Source: Macrostomum lignano (Eukaryota). From it: 64,000 bases of DNA. Below the pieces are notes generated by a model. It did not search any database. It had not been told where the DNA came from and saw only the letters and a list, made by a program, of their open reading frames with translations. The translations under genes were made by a program, and so were the position numbers. Each line of letters opens with the position of its first letter. Positions within the stretch are counted from its first letter, which is position 1. The stretch spans positions 62,001 to 126,000 of the forward strand of contig NIVC01000544.1 of NCBI GenBank assembly GCA_002269645.1, in the 5' to 3' direction. Shown here piece after piece: positions 59,101 to 64,000 of this stretch.

Positions 59101-62100
59101 GCCAATTTTTTTTATAAAAGCCTTGACGACATTGTAAATTAACGCAACTCTTTTTAGTTTCATAAATGCAAAAGTCTGCTCAGTATAGCAAGCGTCAAAA
59201 ATACAACTTTTTTTCATTACCTTTTGCAGTCGGTACTTTTCCATGATATAATATTTTCTCTGTTGAGAGAAAGATTAAACGCGTATATAGGTGCAAAAGT
59301 TCTCGAAAGCAGTAGTGACGAATTGCATTTGCATATCACAAATACTACTTAGATTAGCTTTAAAAGATTACGAAGCATTATTAGAGAGCTGTAATGCAGT
59401 TCTGTTCTAAACGGATTTTGCAAAGATTTACTTTTTTTGCACAAGCACTGATGGTGTTTCGTCATAAAAAATTTGGTCGCGAAAAATCTTCGAAAATCTT
59501 TAATAAAGCTGCACTAAACAGACAGGAACGGCTGAAACTAACTTAGCTTCCTTGGCAGTCAACTGTATTTTTTATTTTTCAATTAAAGGCAGAAGCTGTG
59601 TGCATCCTGGCACACTTTAAGCGACATTGTCACACAGCCGGCGAGAGGCATTGCTGCCACTTCCGCCGACTCCCCTGAGCAGGCACACAAGTGCGCGGAT
59701 ACGTACGCAGTCATACGCACAGGCACACACTCACGCAGGAGTGTACAGCGGCCCTAACTTTATTTATCGTTAGGCATGTACACTTCACTGTGCTTTTGGG
59801 GGTTGGCCCTCAAGCTGGGCGTTAATTGCACGAGCAGAGCCAAGCCGAGATTCCAATTTAGCCCCAGATTGATGTGACTGCACTTGGAATCGAGCCTGGC
59901 GCATCAGACACTCACAATTGCTCCGTTAGCCCAGAAGGAGGGATATTGTGATTGAGCTTGCGGAAGCACTGGTAGGTTTAAACATTAAAAATTACGTGAA
60001 AAAAGTTTGTATAAAGTTTCGTATTGGTTAATTATAGGTTAAAACTTTGTGATATGGCAACAGTGGGCAAGTATGAGTAGGTTACAAGTTCAGCTAGCAA
60101 GCAGAGCCGGTGCATCATGGGGTCCATAATGTCCATCGCTAATAATGCTTACTAGCATGGAATTACTCTACAGCTGAAGTATGATGGCTAGCTCGAAAAT
60201 TTCACATGATATTCCTGATGTTTTCAAATGCCAGGCTAAACTCCATGAAACATATAAAGTAATTGTGCTCAAAGGAAGTTTGGTTAGCAATTTAAAATCA
60301 TTTCTAATAAAACGCAGGCAGAGTTTATTGATGACGTCATTCTCACCTCGCTGGAAAATCCTTCAACGAGGATGGCAACCAGCAGATTGAATAGCACATA
60401 GTTGCCAAATGTCATTAGAGCAATAAAGTACAGAGCCGCCCAAGGCGAAGTTCTCGCCATGCCATTGTAGAGGACCGTGTTCCAATCCTCCTGGGTCAGG
60501 ATCTGCCAATGGTTGACGTGAAAGTTGTTGTACAGTTTAGTTCATTATTCATAGTCATAAATATCCACCCATATAGACAGTGAATATCCAACCATATAGA
60601 CACTGAATATCCGCCCATAAAACACTGAACATCCACCCATATAGACACTGAACATCCACCCATATAGACACTGAATATCCACCCATATAGACACTGAACA
60701 TCCACCCATATAGACACTGAATATCCACCCATATAGACACTGAACATCCACCCATATAGACACTGAATATCCACCCATATAGACACTGAACATCCACCCA
60801 TATAGACACTGAATATCCGCCCATATACACACTGAATATCCACCCATATAGACACTGAACATCCACCCATATAGACACTGAATATCCACCCATATAGACA
60901 CTGAACATCCACCCATATAGACACTGAATATCCACCCATATAGACACTGAACATCCACCCATATAGACACTGAATATCCACCCATATAGACACTGAACAT
61001 CCACCCATATAGACACTGAATATCCGCCCATATACACACTGAATATCCACCCATATAGACACTGAACATCCACCCATATAGACACTGAATATCCGCCCAT
61101 ATACACACTGAATATCCACCCATATAGACACTGAACATCCACCCATATAGACACTGAATATCCGCCCATATACACACTGAATATCCACCCATATAGACAC
61201 TGAACATCCACCCATATAGACACTGAATATCCACCCATATAGACACTGAACATCCACCCATATAGACACTGAATATCCGCCCATATAGACACTGAACATC
61301 CACCCATATAGACACTGAATATCCGCCCATATACACACTGAATATCCACCCATATAGACACTGAATATCCACTCATATGCACACTGAGTATCCATTCATT
61401 AAACACTGAAAATCTAGCTCCTAAAAATTAATATACAGTAATCGGGTTTTAGCAAAAAACAAATGAATGTAGCTACTCAATACGCAGTACGTAATAGCAT
61501 GCCTCCTAAAAAACCCAAATAGTAAATAAAAAAGCCACACTTTAATAAGCCAGACACAGCACAACATCCACTGGAAAGTGAAAGAAAAATACGAAACAGT
61601 CAATAGACTTTCCTGCTGATTAATGGTGCTAGTGGGTATTTGCAATGCAGTATATCAAAAACATCAAGGATTAAGAAAATATAATTATTAATTTGTGACA
61701 ATATAACGCTGTCAAAGGCTTCTTCCTAATTCAGTAGACAGACATCGGTAACTGTAGGAATTTCAGCTATCAACCCAAGCCAAAAGGGATTCCAACTACT
61801 CATTCTGATCAAATGTATATACATGTATATATATATATATATATTTATGGATTTCAATTGCCTAGCGTGGTCTTTCTACTGTTAACCAGACTTACACTGT
61901 ACAAAGGTTAGTTTTATAGTAAAGATTAATTAGCTATAATCTAATCTAATAAAATCATTTTTACACAACGTTTAAATTTCCTTTTTATGCTGCAACAATG
62001 GCTTTCTACAAGCAGACCCATTAAACCCTGTTTCACCTACTCCAAGCTGTCTCAGACTCGTTTTTTAAAAAAGAATAAAAGTAAGACTGAATGAAGATTG

Positions 62101-63250
62101 CATGAAAACCCCAAATCCAGTGCGTGTGCATAGCCAGCAAGAAAGAGAAGGAGAAGGGCTAGGCCGATAAGCAAACAGTTAGGCTTTCCTCTTGCCCGCT
62201 TGTGTCTGACTTTGACCTCTCTCCTTACCTGCTCTCTCATTGGCTGAGACCGATTGGGCCTGCCCCCTAGGCTGAGTTTCGTCCGTCTTACTTAGAACTC
62301 TCTCCTTACTGCTCTCTCATTGGCTGAGCTAGATTGGGGCTGCCCCGCCCCTAGGCTGAGTTTCGTCTGTCTGACTTTGACCTCTCTCCTTACCTGCTTC
62401 TCATTGGCTGAGACCGATTGGGCCTGCCCCCTAGGCTGCGTTACTTCCGTCTTGCGTTCACTTGTGTACATTGAGTTAAATGCTTTTTGTTCATTAATAA
62501 CTCCTACGCTCCTGAGGCCAAAAAACCCAAGGAAAAGAAGATGGCAAATTTAAGTGACATTGGGCTGATACTGAAAGAAGTGTAGACACTAATATTTCAC
62601 ACGTTGAATTGTGATTGTCACATATAGTTATTCCAGTATGTGAAGATCCAATAAACAGCACTTCTTAAAAAGCACGCGAGATCAGCCCCTTAGTATCCTA
62701 AACTATAAACCAGACGAGTCAAATCTAATTGCTTTCTAGCTCTTCTCAAGAATTCTTTTTGATGCTCCATGGCGATATGAGTTGACAGCCTCGACAATTG
62801 GCTTGATTTTACAGGCGTAGAAGATCAAAACTGACGTTTATAAGACTAAATTAAATGTTGCAATGGCAGACTTTGAGATCATAGAGAATTGAAATCAACC
62901 CTTCGTCTCTTTTGCAAATCTGGCATGGATTAAATGTCATAATGCTACTGTGAATTGTTGACAAGTGTACATTTCTAATTTAAATCTGCTGGTTGAATAA
63001 CCAAACTTGCACTTCATCCAAAAAGGCAATTTCGCCTCCCCTAATCTGCAAGCAATTAGAAGGCGGATGATTGCTCCGTAAAGCTAGCCGTTCTACCTGG
63101 AATACTGTCACCAGCGACCACATGATGCTGTCGAAGTTGGCCCTGTCACACTCGCAGTCCGTGTCAGGATCGGCGCGCTCTGAACAAGTGCACGTCGAGC
63201 CGTCGGGATGCCAGCAGAACTTACCACCAAACAGGGTCATGCCAAGGACG
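47171..63250 (-). CDS. CACNA1G/H/I: T-type voltage-gated calcium channel Cav3 alpha-1 subunit, 3' part (domain II S5 to C-terminus); 5' exons lie beyond 64000
   Basis: Eighteen GT-AG exons with consistent phases: 63250-63097, 60502-60347, 58523-58379, 57882-57563, 57155-57082, 56257-56147, 55546-55282, 54831-54740, 54658-54535, 53233-52861, 52030-51611, 50906-50755, 50673-50564, 49580-49450, 49329-49180, 48471-48194, 47861-47742 and 47560-47171 (TGA). Filter residues are DII TQEDW, DIII SKDGW and DIV TGDNW, fitting the EEDD-type T channel. S4 segments [13 protein letters not shown] and [18 protein letters not shown]. The Cav3 II-III loop motif [10 protein letters not shown] is present. Confidence 0.96.
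47930..48115. repeat. ~27-bp tandem repeat (GAGTTGGGCCATAGAATAACCAGTGAG)
   Basis: About 6 degenerate units in a Cav3 intron. Confidence 0.8.
48695..49045 (-). mobile_element. SINE family A copy with a 100-bp internal replacement
   Basis: Matches family A except at 48855-48954. Confidence 0.82.
51250..51552. repeat. Degenerate CCTAAGACACT / GACAGCCATTCCT tandem repeat
   Basis: Read directly. Confidence 0.85.
52105..52765. repeat. 34-bp minisatellite (TCTTCAGTTCAATGGTTCTTGGTTTAACTTCGTG)n
   Basis: Period 34 (units at 52111 and 52145). Confidence 0.95.
53351..54101. mobile_element. 751-bp non-autonomous DNA transposon, P-like (or hAT-like), in a Cav3 intron
   Basis: Perfect 34-bp TIR CAAGGACCACTAGAAGTTACCGTTGTATCAGGAC at 53351-53384 and 54068-54101. 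The 8-bp TSD ATACGAGC lies at 53343-53350 and 54102-54109. No ORF. Confidence 0.92.
54195..54420. repeat. ~30-bp degenerate minisatellite (CAGCCTAGATGTACACTAGGGGAAGGAAA)
   Basis: Read directly. Confidence 0.8.
54950..55250. repeat. ~36-bp minisatellite (GATGTACATTTGAGGGTAGGAAAATCAGCCAAAT)
   Basis: Read directly. Confidence 0.9.
55720..55920. repeat. ~40-bp degenerate repeat (GAGTGAGGTGGATGTCTTGAGGGGGTAGAG)
   Basis: About 5 units. Confidence 0.75.
56500..56775. repeat. 18-bp G-rich minisatellite (GGGGAGTGAGGTGGGTGC)n
   Basis: Read directly. Strongly strand-asymmetric. Confidence 0.92.
57343..57495 (-). mobile_element. SINE family B, partial copy
   Basis: Matches 30860-31030. Confidence 0.8.
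57980..58255. repeat. ~11-bp repeat (GTAGGTTTTGA)n
   Basis: Read directly. Confidence 0.9.
59009..59078 (-). pseudogene. tRNA-like remnant (tRNA pseudogene or SINE head)
   Basis: Minus strand reads GTAGTCCAGCGG...GGGTTCGAATCCCTGCGTGGCCA. A and B boxes and a T arm are present, but the 5' acceptor-stem strand is missing. Confidence 0.55.
59588..59915 (-). mobile_element. SINE family B copy
   Basis: Aligns along most of 30688-31010. Confidence 0.82.
60555..61410. repeat. 23-bp minisatellite (CATATAGACACTGAAYATCCACC)n with alternating variants
   Basis: Period 23. GAAC and GAAT units alternate, giving a 46-bp dimer. Confidence 0.95.
62201..62450. repeat. Triple ~85-bp tandem repeat rich in CCAAT and GC boxes
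   Basis: The core CTCATTGGCTGAG..GATTGGG(C)CTGCCCC..TAGGCTG occurs three times. Confidence 0.85.
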
Positions 63251-64000
63251 CTGAGATGGGCATAGCATAGAGTAAGGGGAGGATTGGATACGGGAGAGAT
63301 GTACATCAGTGCGGATGTCATGGCAACTGTGGACTTTACGTGAAAACAAACAACTTGCAATGACGAGCGGTGGAACTGTTTCTTTGGCGCAAAAACTGGG
63401 CATATTACTTATTAGTAGAGTATACTACAAAACATTTCTGTGGTAAACTACAAGATTACTGGAAAGCTGCCAAGAAGGCAGCAGCGTCTCAAAAGAAGTA
63501 AAATTTAGTGCGAAGTTGTGCTACAATTGCTACCAGTTTGCAAGCTACAGTAGTTGACAAGAGTTCGACAATACGCTAAATATTTACTAAAACGTTTCAC
63601 AAACGACCACGTAGTCAAAAATGGCTGCTATTAAAAATCTTTCCTAATTATCTGAAAAAATCGATAGTAAACTTATTATTCGATGTTATTTCAAAGAGAA
63701 GTTACACCGCTTTGTTTGATTTTAATAGTTGTTGAATAGAAAAGTCACTACAATACTACGAGCGTACATTGAGAACGTTTCATGCGGTGCAACATTAGGC
63801 TGAGTTAGTTCTATAACAGCCAAATTTTGATCTAAACAGCAATCTAGTCGCTTGAAGATTGCTTAAAAACATGAAAATATTTCATATGGATTATTAGTTT
63901 GATCATACTTCTCAAGTTTTTCAATCGCTTTTTCCCCAAAGCGACTAGGTTGCCGTACTTAATTGAACTACCAAAAGACGAACGAATAAAAAATGCACAC

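Noticed and set aside
60496-61406. Three overlapping ORFs of about 280-300 aa on the minus strand
   Set aside because: Translations of the 23-bp minisatellite inside a Cav3 intron.

Overview
Animal (invertebrate) nuclear DNA with GT-AG introns and dense repeats. A flatworm such as Macrostomum is only a guess from composition. Positions 1-15000 contain no host gene that I can support. They hold low-complexity DNA, a degenerate foldback, and a three-layer nest: a Penelope-like retroelement on +, interrupted by an RTE LINE on -, which is itself interrupted by a 656-bp DNA transposon with an 8-bp TSD. Four host genes follow. (1) A very large inducible GTPase (GVIN1/URGCP family, 16316-22162 +) with thirteen 21-aa Gln-rich N-terminal repeats. 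(2) A three-exon RDH11-14-type short-chain dehydrogenase (-). (3) An AIP3-domain (SRCIN1/KIAA1217-like) gene on +, containing an exact 158-bp duplication that spans one exon. (4) The 3' 18 coding exons of a Cav3 T-type calcium channel on -, with consistent splice phases throughout and a penta-cysteine exon-12b-type domain II turret. Many introns carry their own minisatellite, and there are two tRNA-derived SINE families and a P-like MITE. The most interesting candidates are the repeat-headed VLIG and the unusual domain layout of the Penelope-like element. Nothing here is a proven new system. All motif matches are by eye, without database searches.
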